NCBI GenBank assembly: GCA_965222605.1
Contig: OZ244960.1
Span: 3,712,001 to 3,776,000 of the forward strand
Length of the DNA stretch: 64,000 bases
Direction of reading: 5' to 3'
DNA from: Candidatus Latescibacterota bacterium
GTDB taxonomy: Bacteria > Latescibacterota > UBA2968
The position numbers were made by a program, and so were the translations under genes. Each line of letters opens with the position of its first letter. The stretch's first letter is position 1. The notes beneath the pieces are model-generated. The model saw only the letters and a list, made by a program, of their open reading frames with translations, was not told where the DNA came from and made no database searches. Shown piece by piece: positions 9,947 through 19,915 of the stretch.

Positions 9947-11142
9947 CAAAGTACACGACAAAAAATAAAAGACCTGTGAAAATTGCTAAAAAGAGTTAGG
10001 TTTGAATGTCCAAAACGAACCTTTCTCATCTCAACAAAGCACAGGTCTATGTCCTCTGAAACTATCGAACTTCAAGAAGTTATGCAAGGATATTTTCCAT
10101 GGCATAAAGCGCGCGTGACATTCATCGCCGCGTTCATTGTGTCTCTGATTAAATTGACCAGCGTCAATTTTACCAAACTGGCAAACGCACTCAATGGAAA
10201 TGTTAAGCAAAAATCCAACTATCGTAGAATCCAACGCTTCTTTGCACACTTTGATTTATCCTATGATTGCCTAACAGGGCTGATCTTGCACTTGTTACCT
10301 GTAAAGTCCGATTTCACCCTCTCAATAGACCGTACCAATTGGAAGTTGGGTAAATTTAATATCAACATCCTGACCGCAGGGATTATCTATCAAGGCGTGG
10401 CATTTCCCATCTGTTGGATGCTGTTATCCAAACGGGGCAATTCTAATACACGGGAGCGCATCCATCTGATGAAACAGGTGCTCCAACGCATCCGTAAATC
10501 CCAAATCCACGTTGTGGTTGCAGATCGGGAATTTATTGGGCAAGAATGGTTTGCGTGGTTAGACACACAAAATATCCCTTTTGCCATCCGCATCAAGGAA
10601 AACGCCATCGTCAAATCAGACAATAAAGAGATACCCCTAAAAAAGCTGTTCGCAAACCTGCAAATACACCAGCAAACGATCTTACGTAAACCCCGTCGCG
10701 TTTATGGGCATTCTCTCTATCTGTCTGCGATACGATTGAAGGATGAATGCCTCATTGTTGCCAGTAAAGCACAAGGCCAGTGGGCATTGGCCGCATACAA
10801 AAAACGCTGGGGCATTGAAGTCTTTTTTGCGAACCTTAAAAGTCGAGGCTTTGATCTGGAAGCGACCCATCTCGTCCACGAAGACCGCATTGAAAAACTC
10901 GTTGCACTTCTGGCCATTGCATGTAGTTGGGCGCATATCGTTGGCGAATGGGTTGCAAAACATCATCCGCTGAAAATTAAAACGCATGGACATCGGGAGA
11001 AGAGCCTCTTTCGATATGGACTTGATTACTTGCAGTATCTTCTCCTGAATATTCAAGCCCATCGGTGTGAGTTTAAATACTGTCTCGCACTCTTAAAAAA
11101 ACTATGACTTCAACCTTTTTTGGCGTTTTGTCGTGTACCATG
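9947..11142 (+). mobile_element. IS4-family insertion sequence
   Basis: IRs CAAAGTACACGACAAAA and TTTTGTCGTGTACCATG; 9-bp TSD AAAAGAATT at 9938-9946 and 11143-11151. Confidence 0.9.
10049..11107 (+). CDS. IS4-family DDE transposase (intact)
   Basis: SIDRTNWK, VADREF and YKKRWGIEVFFANLK (YREK signature). Confidence 0.9.
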   Translation: MSSETIELQEVMQGYFPWHKARVTFIAAFIVSLIKLTSVNFTKLANALNGNVKQKSNYRRIQRFFAHFDLSYDCLTGLILHLLPVKSDFTLSIDRTNWKLGKFNINILTAGIIYQGVAFPICWMLLSKRGNSNTRERIHLMKQVLQRIRKSQIHVVVADREFIGQEWFAWLDTQNIPFAIRIKENAIVKSDNKEIPLKKLFANLQIHQQTILRKPRRVYGHSLYLSAIRLKDECLIVASKAQGQWALAAYKKRWGIEVFFANLKSRGFDLEATHLVHEDRIEKLVALLAIACSWAHIVGEWVAKHHPLKIKTHGHREKSLFRYGLDYLQYLLLNIQAHRCEFKYCLALLKKL

Positions 11143-11167
11143 AAAAGAATTACAAATTTAATGAATT

Positions 11168-12303
11168 AGGACTTACGCAAGCACCATGTGAATAGTAGGC
11201 GCTTTGAGTTGTTGTTTCAAATAATCAGCTAACAAGCCGTATTTGACCTGATAAACGGATTGTCGTGTTTGATAGGCGACCTGTGCAAATCGCACCCAAA
11301 CGAGGAAGGCACATCCGATGTGATTGCGAACAATGCGTGGCAATCGACATTGACACTTTTCAAGACCCGTCACTTGTTTTGCTTCTCGGTGAAATTGCTC
11401 AATTTTCCAACGCCAGTGACACGCCTGTTGTGCCACTTGGGTATCGTTTTGGGCCTGGTCGTTAGTCACGACATATTCCGTGCGTCTGGTAGAAGACATC
11501 ACCCGAAATAATTTCACTTTATGGTCTCTTGGAAAGCCTCTGATTTTAATGCGTTTGCCAGCTTTTGTCTCGCTGACCGTCCAATCTAAGCGGTCTATGC
11601 GTTGATAGGGTTTAGCACCTGAAGAATCATCCACACGCCGATTCGATTTGAGAGGGCAGTAATAGGTTTTTTGCAGTTTCTCAATGTGTAGCATGACCGT
11701 CCTGGTGGCATACCAGCTATCCATTAACACGGTCTGAAAAGGCAGTTTTCTGGCATAGACCAAGACAGATAACATCTCCTGTAGATGATCTAACTTGGTT
11801 TTGCCATCCCCCTCAGGGTCATAAATGCGATAGTCAATGAAAAAGAACCGATCCTGATCGGGATGAACTGCTGGCGCAGTTGTACCCCGTTCGACATAAA
11901 CGCAAGTGACGACCCCGATGCCGTTGATGACCCCTTTGGCATTGCCGCTATATTGACGCCGCACCAACGCAATCTTGTGGGCATGACGCTTGTCCAGCAC
12001 TGTGTCATCGAAGATCACATAGCCCTTTGGGGTCACTTGAATGTGGTCTTTGACGTGTTCCCACACCAGGCGAGGCGGGATGCGATCACCGGATAGGTAA
12101 CGGTTGATCATATCATGACTGAACCTTTGGCTGTGGTCTGCGAAATGGGTCAGCGTATAGTTGATTGGACTGCTCAGCAAATACTGACAGTAATCCAAGC
12201 GGGTTGGTTTATCCATCCTCACCTCCTCGGTGCTCAGGTTAGGCTCCAATCCCGTCAATTTAAAGATTGGAAAACCTTGGGGCTATTGTTTTGCGTAAGT
12301 CCT
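11168..12303 (-). mobile_element. IS701-family insertion sequence
   Basis: Perfect IRs TAGGACTTACGCAA (11167-11180) and TTGCGTAAGTCCTA (12291-12304); exact ends uncertain by 1-2 bp. Confidence 0.85.
11173..12216 (-). CDS. IS701-family transposase with a 9-aa in-frame insertion
   Basis: IFDDTVLDK, VLMDSWY and RWKIEQFHRE; extra ERGTTAPAV between CVYV and HPD. Confidence 0.85.
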   Translation of the reverse strand: MDKPTRLDYCQYLLSSPINYTLTHFADHSQRFSHDMINRYLSGDRIPPRLVWEHVKDHIQVTPKGYVIFDDTVLDKRHAHKIALVRRQYSGNAKGVINGIGVVTCVYVERGTTAPAVHPDQDRFFFIDYRIYDPEGDGKTKLDHLQEMLSVLVYARKLPFQTVLMDSWYATRTVMLHIEKLQKTYYCPLKSNRRVDDSSGAKPYQRIDRLDWTVSETKAGKRIKIRGFPRDHKVKLFRVMSSTRRTEYVVTNDQAQNDTQVAQQACHWRWKIEQFHREAKQVTGLEKCQCRLPRIVRNHIGCAFLVWVRFAQVAYQTRQSVYQVKYGLLADYLKQQLKAPTIHMVLA

Positions 12304-12493
12304 AAAATATTAAAATAGAGGGAAGGGAGTGCCCTCCAAAGAACGTATAATGAACACAGATAACAGAAGCAAAAACAACAGAGTAAGAGCCAGATACAAA
12401 ACTCTACACTATCTTGCGAGTGGTGTGTTCTATTCAGGCATCTTGAATACGTTTGTCTATTGCTCTACTCTCTGTCCTACAAGGAGAACTTCA

Positions 12494-12763
12494 ATGGAAA
12501 TTTACGAACTTGTCCTTGAAATGAAGCGGCTTGAACGGCGGCTCACGCTCTATGAAGAAAAATACGGGATTCTTAGCCAGGATTTTTACGATATTTTAAT
12601 GGCGGGAAAACTATCGCGCTACGACGATTTTGATGAGACACGAACGGATTTCAGTCGGTGGAAAGGCATTTACGAAACCTGGCAACGCCGCAAGACGGCC
12701 TATAACGAACAAATCCAACAAAGCGATCCGGCAGACGTATTGCGTGTACAACCCGCTTATTGA
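12494..12763 (+). CDS. Putative antitoxin (TumA-like)
   Basis: AGGAG SD; LERRLTLYEEKYGILSQDFY...DFSRW pattern typical of small antitoxins paired with DUF6516/TumE toxins. Confidence 0.55.
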   Translation: MEIYELVLEMKRLERRLTLYEEKYGILSQDFYDILMAGKLSRYDDFDETRTDFSRWKGIYETWQRRKTAYNEQIQQSDPADVLRVQPAY

Positions 12764-12822
12764 TGCTAAAAATTCCCTTGAATTATTTGTGAAGACCAAC
12801 TTTTCCCACCTGGAAATCCGCG

Positions 12823-14202
12823 ATGAATTTTGTTTCTAAAATCAAAGAGAATCCTCTGTTGATTTTTCAGGTCGTTCTTATCGTTCTGTTAATTGTGTTG
12901 GCGATAGTTTTTGTGGTCGTCATGTGCTTCGAAGATCCCAAGAGGATTTTCAACCTGTTAGGGGTATCTGAAAAAGAGCAACCAAAATACGAGGTTCTGA
13001 AATTTTTGGGAATCAGCATGGGCGGCATACTGATCGCCTTGCAAGCTCTGATGTCCTACAAGCGTGCTAAGGCAATGGAAGATACCGCGAAAGCTCAGGC
13101 CGATGCAGCGAGCGCCCAAGCGGATGCAGCGCAAGCTCAGGCCAGAGCCACAGAGGAGCAAGCGAGAGCCAATGAGAATACTGAGCAAGGACTACGGCAG
13201 GAACGCCTGAAAAATGCTATTGAACATCTGGGGCACGAAAGAGACTCCGTGCGTCTCGGTGGGGCATACGAACTTTTCCATCTGGCGGAAGACAACAAAG
13301 ATTTGAGAAAAACGGCATTCGACATGCTCTGCCTTCATATCCGCCAGACGACGGGCGAAAAAGAGTATCAGGAAAAGCACGAATCTAAACCCTCGGAAGA
13401 GGTCCAAAGTCTGTTGACATTGTTGTTCGTGCAAGATCACGAAGTTTTCAAAGGTCTCCAAATCAACTTGCAGAGAAGTTATCTGAACGGGGCTAATCTC
13501 AGGGAAGCACGTTTAGCAAAGGCTGTTCTATCCGGAACATACTTACAGGGGTGTGATCTTCACGGGGCATACCTGCAAGGAGCTGATCTTCACGGGGCAT
13601 ACCTACGAGGGGGAACTCTTAGCGGGGCATATCTGCAAGGGGCTGATCTTCGTAAGGCACATCTACAAGGAGCAAGTCTTGGCTGGGCACATTTGCAAGG
13701 AGCAAATCTTGGCGGGGCACATCTGCAAGGAACACGTCTCTATGTAGCACATTTGCAAGGAGCAAATCTTGGCGGGGCACATCTACAAGGAGCAAGTCTT
13801 AGCTGGGCACATTTGCAAGGGGCTGATCTTTGTGAGGCACGTCTGCAAGGAGCAAGTCTTGGTGGGGCACATCTGCAAGGGGTGGGCGGAGAATATTTGA
13901 TTCCTTTTGATTCTTTTGGAGATCATATCCGGAACCAGATTGACAAAGAAACCGATTTATCTGGCGCTATTTTCGCGGGCGGATTGAGTACGGGAGATAT
14001 GTACTCAATCATAGAAGACTTGTCTGATGAAAAAGCAAATGAGTTGCGAGAGAAATTGGAACCACATATTGACCAGCCGATAAGCAATGAACTGCCAGAA
14101 GACAGTGATGCTATTACCGGTGCCTACACGAAAGAAGAGGCCGAAGAATGGATTGCTGAATACGAGAAAGCCATGTCAGAAGTGCCGAAGGATGATAGTT
14201 AG
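12823..14202 (+). CDS. Membrane-anchored pentapeptide-repeat protein
   Basis: Two TM helices, AIEHLG..VRLGGAYEL, then an (AHLQG/ANLGG)n repeat block. Confidence 0.9.
   Translation: MNFVSKIKENPLLIFQVVLIVLLIVLAIVFVVVMCFEDPKRIFNLLGVSEKEQPKYEVLKFLGISMGGILIALQALMSYKRAKAMEDTAKAQADAASAQADAAQAQARATEEQARANENTEQGLRQERLKNAIEHLGHERDSVRLGGAYELFHLAEDNKDLRKTAFDMLCLHIRQTTGEKEYQEKHESKPSEEVQSLLTLLFVQDHEVFKGLQINLQRSYLNGANLREARLAKAVLSGTYLQGCDLHGAYLQGADLHGAYLRGGTLSGAYLQGADLRKAHLQGASLGWAHLQGANLGGAHLQGTRLYVAHLQGANLGGAHLQGASLSWAHLQGADLCEARLQGASLGGAHLQGVGGEYLIPFDSFGDHIRNQIDKETDLSGAIFAGGLSTGDMYSIIEDLSDEKANELREKLEPHIDQPISNELPEDSDAITGAYTKEEAEEWIAEYEKAMSEVPKDDS
13486..13881 (+). repeat. 30-bp coding tandem repeats (pentapeptide units)
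   Basis: Recurring GGGGCACATCTGCAAGGAGCAAxTCTT units. Confidence 0.85.
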
Positions 14203-14298
14203 TTTATATTGAACCAACTGCAAGAAGACGTGTATGAAATGATGGCGATGCCAGATCGGTATCGTGTCTATCTTAAGGCGGTTAGAGGAGACAACATC

Positions 14299-14523
14299 AT
14301 GGCGAGTACAATTCAGTTGGCTCCCGAAGCTGAGAAACGAATTGATTCCCTCGTGGCGCGGACAGGGCGTAGCAAGGATTTCTTTCTCAAGGAGATTATC
14401 AAACGCGGTCTTGAGGATGTGGAGGATTACTATCTTGCCGCAGAAGTGTTGGAGCGCGTCCGGAAAGGTACGGAGGCGGTGTACTCAGATGCTGAAGTGA
14501 GACGAGAACTTGACCTTCCATGA
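14299..14523 (+). CDS. RHH/CopG antitoxin (RelB/DUF6290-like)
   Basis: GAGGAG SD; STIQLAPEAEKRIDSLVARTGRSKDFFLKEII...EDVEDYYLA. Confidence 0.8.
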   Translation: MASTIQLAPEAEKRIDSLVARTGRSKDFFLKEIIKRGLEDVEDYYLAAEVLERVRKGTEAVYSDAEVRRELDLP

Positions 14524-14539
14524 GAATGTTCAGAAAACA

Positions 14540-14795
14540 AGCAGTCAGCAGTTAGCGGGTGACCGCAGGGGGGCGCCCCTACAACCAGCATTAACAATAT
14601 CATCGTAGGGGACGGTCCCTGTGCCGTCCCGTGGTAGTCAGCGAAAAATCTCCTGGATTGCGGCTTTAATCATGCCGCAATGACCATTGGTACTCGTCAC
14701 GCCTGCATGCCTGAAGCAGGCGTCCAGGATGGGTGGGTGAAAGCTGATCGCTGATCGCTCCTTACTCTGTGTTTATCTGTGTTCATCTGTGGTTG
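14540..14795. repeat. Composite cluster of REP-like palindromes and short tandem repeats
   Basis: Back-to-back GTAG-type REPs (14557-14582, 14605-14630), CGTC-type palindromes (14653-14684, 14695-14727), GCTGATC x2 and ATCTGTGTTCATCTGTGG. Confidence 0.75.
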
Positions 14796-14811
14796 CTTTT
14801 GTTTTAAATAA

Positions 14812-15837
14812 ATGGAGACAAATTTGAAGACGATGCTCATTACAGGCGGTGCCGGGTTTATCGGCAGCCATTTTGTGCGATATGTTCTCAATACGTATCG
14901 CGATTATCGCGTTATCAATTTGGATAAGCTGACGTACGCGGGCAATCTGGACAATTTGCTGGATGTTGTGGATAATCCCCGATATGAATTTGTGAAGGGT
15001 GATATTTGCGATGCCGGGTTGGTCAATGATTTGATGCAGCGGGTTGATCTGGTGGCGAATTTTGCTGCGGAGAGCCATGTTGATCGGAGCATTATGGGTG
15101 CCGAGGAGTTTATGAAGTCCAATGCGTTGGGTGTGTACACGTTGCTCGCTGCAGCGCGAGATCGTGGCGTTGAGCGATTTTTGCAGGTGAGTACAGATGA
15201 GGTGTATGGGTCTTTGGAAGAGAGTGAAGATCCATGGACGGAAGATGCACCTGTTGCGCCGCGCAATCCATACTCAGTGGCGAAAGCATCTGGCGATCTT
15301 ATGGCGCGGGCGTTTGCCATTACGTATGGTTTGCCCGTGGTGATTACGCGCGCGTCCAATAATATTGGTGGGTTTCAATATCCCGAGAAGCGCGTGCCCA
15401 TTTATATTGCCAATGCGATTGACGATATTGCATTGCCCGTATATGGCGCGGGAACGGCGATTCGCGATCATCTTTATGTGACGGATCACTGCGAGGCGAT
15501 TGATCTGGTGCTTCACGAAGGTGCGCAGGGCGAGGCTTATAATGTGGGGGGTGAGAATGAAGCGGATGGTCTTTCTGTTGCGGAAAAGATTTTGGAGTAT
15601 TTGGAGAAGCCCAAAGATTTAATGCAGCATGTGGCTGACCGGCCCGGGCACGATATGCGGTATTCGTTGGATGCATCAAAAATTATGGCGCTGGGGTGGA
15701 AGCCAAAGTACAATTTTGAAGAGGCGTTGCGCCTGACGGTTGAATGGTATTTGGGCAATGAAGATTGGTGGCGAAAAATTCGAGATAGCGAGAGTTATCG
15801 AGAATATTACAGGCGGCAATACGAAGAGCGGAAATAG
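14812..15837 (+). CDS. rfbB: dTDP-glucose 4,6-dehydratase
   Basis: ITGGAGFIGS, DKLTYAGN, AAESHVDRSI, STDEVYG, YSVAK and DRPGHDMRY. Confidence 0.93.
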   Translation: METNLKTMLITGGAGFIGSHFVRYVLNTYRDYRVINLDKLTYAGNLDNLLDVVDNPRYEFVKGDICDAGLVNDLMQRVDLVANFAAESHVDRSIMGAEEFMKSNALGVYTLLAAARDRGVERFLQVSTDEVYGSLEESEDPWTEDAPVAPRNPYSVAKASGDLMARAFAITYGLPVVITRASNNIGGFQYPEKRVPIYIANAIDDIALPVYGAGTAIRDHLYVTDHCEAIDLVLHEGAQGEAYNVGGENEADGLSVAEKILEYLEKPKDLMQHVADRPGHDMRYSLDASKIMALGWKPKYNFEEALRLTVEWYLGNEDWWRKIRDSESYREYYRRQYEERK

Positions 15838-15861
15838 GTGGAGAAATATACTCACATATCA

Positions 15862-16878
15862 TTATTCTGGAAATCCCTCTTTCCGAATGCGCTCGCCTAC
15901 CGCAAGTAATACGGATACATCCCTCTCGTCCAGTGAACCATCAGGCAAGGGACCGCAATTTAACAACAGATTACAATCGCCCTCACGCGCTGTACTCAAC
16001 GTCTCCCAAACACCCTCCTCATCCTTGTAATTCACTCTTTCAGCAAAATATCCCCATCCACCGCCCATTGTCGTACATATCTCCATAGGTTTGCCAGTCC
16101 CTTCTATTGCACGATGCTCAGGCGCATAAAAATCTTCAGTACCCAACAAACCCTGCTTATAGGAAACCAACACCTGCGGTTGCATGCTGTGAATATGGTT
16201 ATATAACTCTTGACACTTAAACTTCGACTCATCGCCACTCTTAGGCGTCATGATGCCATCTAACCAAATCGCGGCTATGGGACCATAATTGGAAAGCAAT
16301 TCTGTAATCTGCGCTTGTACAAAATCGAGGTATATCTGTAAGTTGTGTTCCGACCCTGTGGCGTAACTCGGCTCAGGCGGGTCATACTCAGGTCTCGCAT
16401 GACCGCCCCATTCGTCATTGTTGGGCGCGTGAGGATGCTTCCAATCACGCCCATGAGAATAATACAAACACAACCCCAATCCATACTTGTCACACGCCCT
16501 GGCTAATTCGCCAACCAAATCGCGTCCCGCTGGCGTATTCATACTGTTAAAATCCGTCTCCGCAGTATCAAACAAACAAAACGAATCGTGATGCTTCGTC
16601 GTGATGTTGATATATCTCATCTCACTGTCAACAGCGAATTTTGCAATACGCTCGGCGTCAAAATTTTCAGCCGTAAAATCGTTGATGAGCTTCCCATACT
16701 CAGAAACAGGGATGAGTTCCCGCAACTGTACCCACTCTCGTCGCCCTATCAAAGAATATAGTCCGTAATGTAAAAATAAACCGTAACGCGCATTGCGAAA
16801 CCATTGTCGTGCTGCAACTCGTGGATTGTCAGCGTAAAGGTCGGCGTAATCTCTCAAATAGTTTGGAACGTTACTCAT
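15862..16878 (-). CDS. GH29 alpha-L-fucosidase-like (catalytic domain only)
   Basis: YGLFLHYGLYS, TTKHHDSF, IWLDG and LLLNCGP. Confidence 0.85.
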   Translation of the reverse strand: MSNVPNYLRDYADLYADNPRVAARQWFRNARYGLFLHYGLYSLIGRREWVQLRELIPVSEYGKLINDFTAENFDAERIAKFAVDSEMRYINITTKHHDSFCLFDTAETDFNSMNTPAGRDLVGELARACDKYGLGLCLYYSHGRDWKHPHAPNNDEWGGHARPEYDPPEPSYATGSEHNLQIYLDFVQAQITELLSNYGPIAAIWLDGIMTPKSGDESKFKCQELYNHIHSMQPQVLVSYKQGLLGTEDFYAPEHRAIEGTGKPMEICTTMGGGWGYFAERVNYKDEEGVWETLSTAREGDCNLLLNCGPLPDGSLDERDVSVLLAVGERIRKEGFPE

Positions 16879-16899
16879 GAAACCTCCCGAAAAAGAATA

Positions 16900-19653
16900 C
16901 TATGTGGTGGCGGTTAAAATTTCTTTCAGGAAACGGCCCGTGTGAGAAGAGGGGACTTTGGCAATGGTCTCTGGCGTGCCGGTTGCGACGATGTTGCCGC
17001 CGTTTTCGCCAGCGTCGGGACCGAGGTCAATGACCCAGTCTGCGCGTTTGATAACGTCGAGGTTGTGTTCGATGACGAGAACGGTATTGCCGCGGTCAAC
17101 GAGGCGGTCGAGCACTTCGATGAGGACGCGGATGTCGTCAAAGTGCAAACCCGTGGTGGGTTCGTCGAGCAGATAAAGCGTTTTGCCCGTGGCGGTTCGC
17201 GCCAGTTCGGTTGCGAGTTTGACGCGCTGTGCCTCGCCGCCAGAGAGAGATGTGGCCGGCTGACCGAGGCGCAAATAACCCAGGCCCACGTCGGCGAGTG
17301 ATTTGAGTTGTCGCTGCGCGGCCGGGATATTGCGGAAGAAGGTGCGGGCTTGATTTACGGTCAGGTTTAGTACGTCGGCAATTGAACTGCCTTTGTATCG
17401 GACCTCAAGGGTTTCTCTGTTGTATCGGCTGCCACCGCATACGTCGCAGGTGACGAAAACATCGGGCAAGAAGTGCATTTCGATACGGCGCACGCCATCG
17501 CCCTGGCAGGCTTCGCAGCGCCCGCCTTTGATGTTGAAGCTGAAGCGCCCGGCGCCATAACCGCGGACTCGGGATTCGGGCAATCGGGCGTAGAGTTCGC
17601 GTATCGCTGTAAAAAGGCCCGTATATGTGGCGGCATTTGATCGCGGGGTGCGCCCGATTGGGGATTGGTCTATGCGAATGACTTTGTCGATTTGTGCAAC
17701 ACCTTCGATGGTTTTGTGAGGCAATGGTTCTGTGCTGGCGCGGTGGAGTTGTCGGGCAAGTGCGGGATACAGGGTGTGATTGATGAGCGAACTTTTGCCC
17801 GAGCCAGATACGCCAGTGACGCATACAAAGACGCCCAGTGGAATATCGACATTGACGTTTTGCAAGTTGTGTCCGCTGGCACCCTTGATTGAGAGATGTC
17901 CGCGCGGTTGGCGAATGTCGGGAGGTGGGGGAATGGTTTTTCGTCCGGAGAGATAATTGCCGGTGAGAGAGTTTTCGTCTGCGATCACGGTTGCTGGTGG
18001 TCCCTGTGAGATAATTTTGCCGCCGCGTTCACCCGCGCCCGGGCCTAAGTCAATGAGGTGATCGGCCATTTCTATGGCTTCGCGGTCGTGTTCGACTACG
18101 ATGACCGTGTTGCCCAAATCGCGCAGGTTGCAGAAGGTGTTGATGAGTTTGCGATTGTCGCGGGGGTGCAGGCCAATGCTGGGTTCGTCGAGTACGTAGA
18201 GAACGCCGACGAGGCGGGTTCCGATTTGTGTTGCGAGACGAATGCGCTGAAATTCACCACCTGAGAGCGTTGCAGCTCTGCGGTTGAGCGCGAGATAGCC
18301 CACGCCGACATCGACGAGAAATGCGAGGCGGTTTTCGATTTCGCGTATGAGGGGGGCAGCGATCTCAGCCGCGTTGTTTTTGAGGTCGAGCGTTTGGAAG
18401 AATTGCCCGATTTTTGCAATGGGCAGGCTGGCAATGTCGGCAATTGTAGAATTGGAAATTGTGACGGCAAGAGCTTCTGGGCGCAAGCACGCGCCCTGGC
18501 AATCAGGGCAGGTTTGCCCCCGCATAAAACGCTCGATTTTTTCCCGGGCCTCGTCTGGGGTAGCTGCTTTGTATTGGTGCTGGAGATCGGGTATAACGCC
18601 GTCTCTGCCTCTGAGGATTGCTCTTTGAACGGTTTTGGGAAGTTTGGAAAAGGGTGTTGAGGGATCGAAGGAGAGATTGCGCGCCAGGCGTTGACGTTGC
18701 TCTACCTGGCGTTTGCCCTTGGGAATACCCCAGGGGGCAATCGCGCCCTCGAGGATGGATTTTGAAGGATCGGGCACGACGAGGTCGGGATCGACTTCAA
18801 AAACTGTACCCGTACCGCTGCAAGTGGGGCAAGCGCCGTGCGGGCTGTTGAAGGTAAAGAGGCGCGGTTCTAATTCTTCGATTTCAAAGTGGCCCTCTGT
18901 GCAGGCAAAGCGCGTGGAAAATGTCCATTCTCGATCGTCAATAATGTCGAGTGTGGCGGTGCCGTTGGCCAGGTCGAGGGCTGTTTCGAGTGAGTCCGCG
19001 AGGCGCGCGGCCATGTTCCCGCGCACAACGAGGCGGTCAATGACGGCTTCGATGTTGTGCGCTGTATTTTTATTTAGGTGGATATCGCTGTCAAGTGATA
19101 CAACTGTGCCATCAACGCGTACTCTGAGATAGCCTTCCTGGCGCAACTGCTTAAAAATATTCAGGTGGGTACCTTTGGCATTTCGGATCAGAGGTGCGAG
19201 AATCTGAAGGCGTTGTCCTTCGGGCATTGCGAGTACGCGATCGACAATTTGCGCGATGGTCTGGCGCACAATGGTCTGGCTGCATATCGGACAATGGGGT
19301 GTACCTATTCTGGCAAATAAGAGACGCAAATAGTCATAGACTTCGGTTATCGTGCCCACTGTTGAACGCGGTGTGCGGGGAATGCCGCGCTGTTGAATCG
19401 CCACAGCAGGCGATAGACCTTCTATGCTATCGGCATCGGGTTTATCCATGAGATCGAGAAATTGCCGCGCATAAGCGGATAGCGATTCGACATAACGTCG
19501 TTGTCCTTCGGCATAGACCGTATCAAAGGCCAACGACGATTTGCCCGATCCCGAAGGTCCGGTGATGACAACGAGGCAGTTGCGCGGGATATCCAGATCG
19601 ATGTTTTTGAGGTTGTGCTGACGCGCACCTCTGATGGTGATTGTATCGCTCAT
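16900..19653 (-). CDS. uvrA: Excinuclease ABC subunit A
   Basis: GARQHNLKN, two Walker A motifs (GSGKSS), zinc fingers, LDEPSIGLH and LDEPTTGLH. Confidence 0.97.
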   Translation of the reverse strand: MSDTITIRGARQHNLKNIDLDIPRNCLVVITGPSGSGKSSLAFDTVYAEGQRRYVESLSAYARQFLDLMDKPDADSIEGLSPAVAIQQRGIPRTPRSTVGTITEVYDYLRLLFARIGTPHCPICSQTIVRQTIAQIVDRVLAMPEGQRLQILAPLIRNAKGTHLNIFKQLRQEGYLRVRVDGTVVSLDSDIHLNKNTAHNIEAVIDRLVVRGNMAARLADSLETALDLANGTATLDIIDDREWTFSTRFACTEGHFEIEELEPRLFTFNSPHGACPTCSGTGTVFEVDPDLVVPDPSKSILEGAIAPWGIPKGKRQVEQRQRLARNLSFDPSTPFSKLPKTVQRAILRGRDGVIPDLQHQYKAATPDEAREKIERFMRGQTCPDCQGACLRPEALAVTISNSTIADIASLPIAKIGQFFQTLDLKNNAAEIAAPLIREIENRLAFLVDVGVGYLALNRRAATLSGGEFQRIRLATQIGTRLVGVLYVLDEPSIGLHPRDNRKLINTFCNLRDLGNTVIVVEHDREAIEMADHLIDLGPGAGERGGKIISQGPPATVIADENSLTGNYLSGRKTIPPPPDIRQPRGHLSIKGASGHNLQNVNVDIPLGVFVCVTGVSGSGKSSLINHTLYPALARQLHRASTEPLPHKTIEGVAQIDKVIRIDQSPIGRTPRSNAATYTGLFTAIRELYARLPESRVRGYGAGRFSFNIKGGRCEACQGDGVRRIEMHFLPDVFVTCDVCGGSRYNRETLEVRYKGSSIADVLNLTVNQARTFFRNIPAAQRQLKSLADVGLGYLRLGQPATSLSGGEAQRVKLATELARTATGKTLYLLDEPTTGLHFDDIRVLIEVLDRLVDRGNTVLVIEHNLDVIKRADWVIDLGPDAGENGGNIVATGTPETIAKVPSSHTGRFLKEILTATT

Positions 19654-19678
19654 TGGTGTGATAAAAAGATGAAAAAAA

Positions 19679-19708
19679 TTCAGGCACTTAAAAATTAAGT
19701 GCCTGAAA
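19679..19708 (-). terminator. Hairpin/terminator downstream of tRNA-Arg
   Basis: TTCAGGCACTTAA-AAA-TTAAGTGCCTGAA flanked by A/T runs. Confidence 0.65.
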
Positions 19709-19715
19709 AAGAAAG

Positions 19716-19789
19716 TGCGGCAGAGAGGACTCGAACCCCCAACCCTCTGGTCCGAAGCCAGATGCTCTGTCCAATTGAGCTACTGCCGC
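19716..19789 (-). tRNA. tRNA-Arg (UCG), CCA not encoded
   Basis: Cloverleaf GCGGCAG TAGCTCAATTGGACAGAGC ATCTGG CT-TCG-GA CCAGA...GGTTCGAGTCC...CTGCCGCA. Confidence 0.93.
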
Positions 19790-19915
19790 TGTGCAAATAA
19801 TATACGGATTGTGGTCGTGTTTTGCAAGGGGAGGAATTAGCTTGACAGGATAAAATGAGAGGTGTAATTAAGATGTTGTCTTGAAATTCCATTTGTCTTC
19901 TCACGGAGGTGTAAT

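Noticed and set aside
12743-12755. GTGTACAAC match to the micro-insertion motif (also at about 46064)
   Set aside because: No following hairpin or GTTCAT; the protein context looks uninterrupted
13486-13881. Regular 30-bp repeats as a CRISPR array
   Set aside because: In-frame pentapeptide coding repeats with no unique spacers; no cas genes in the window
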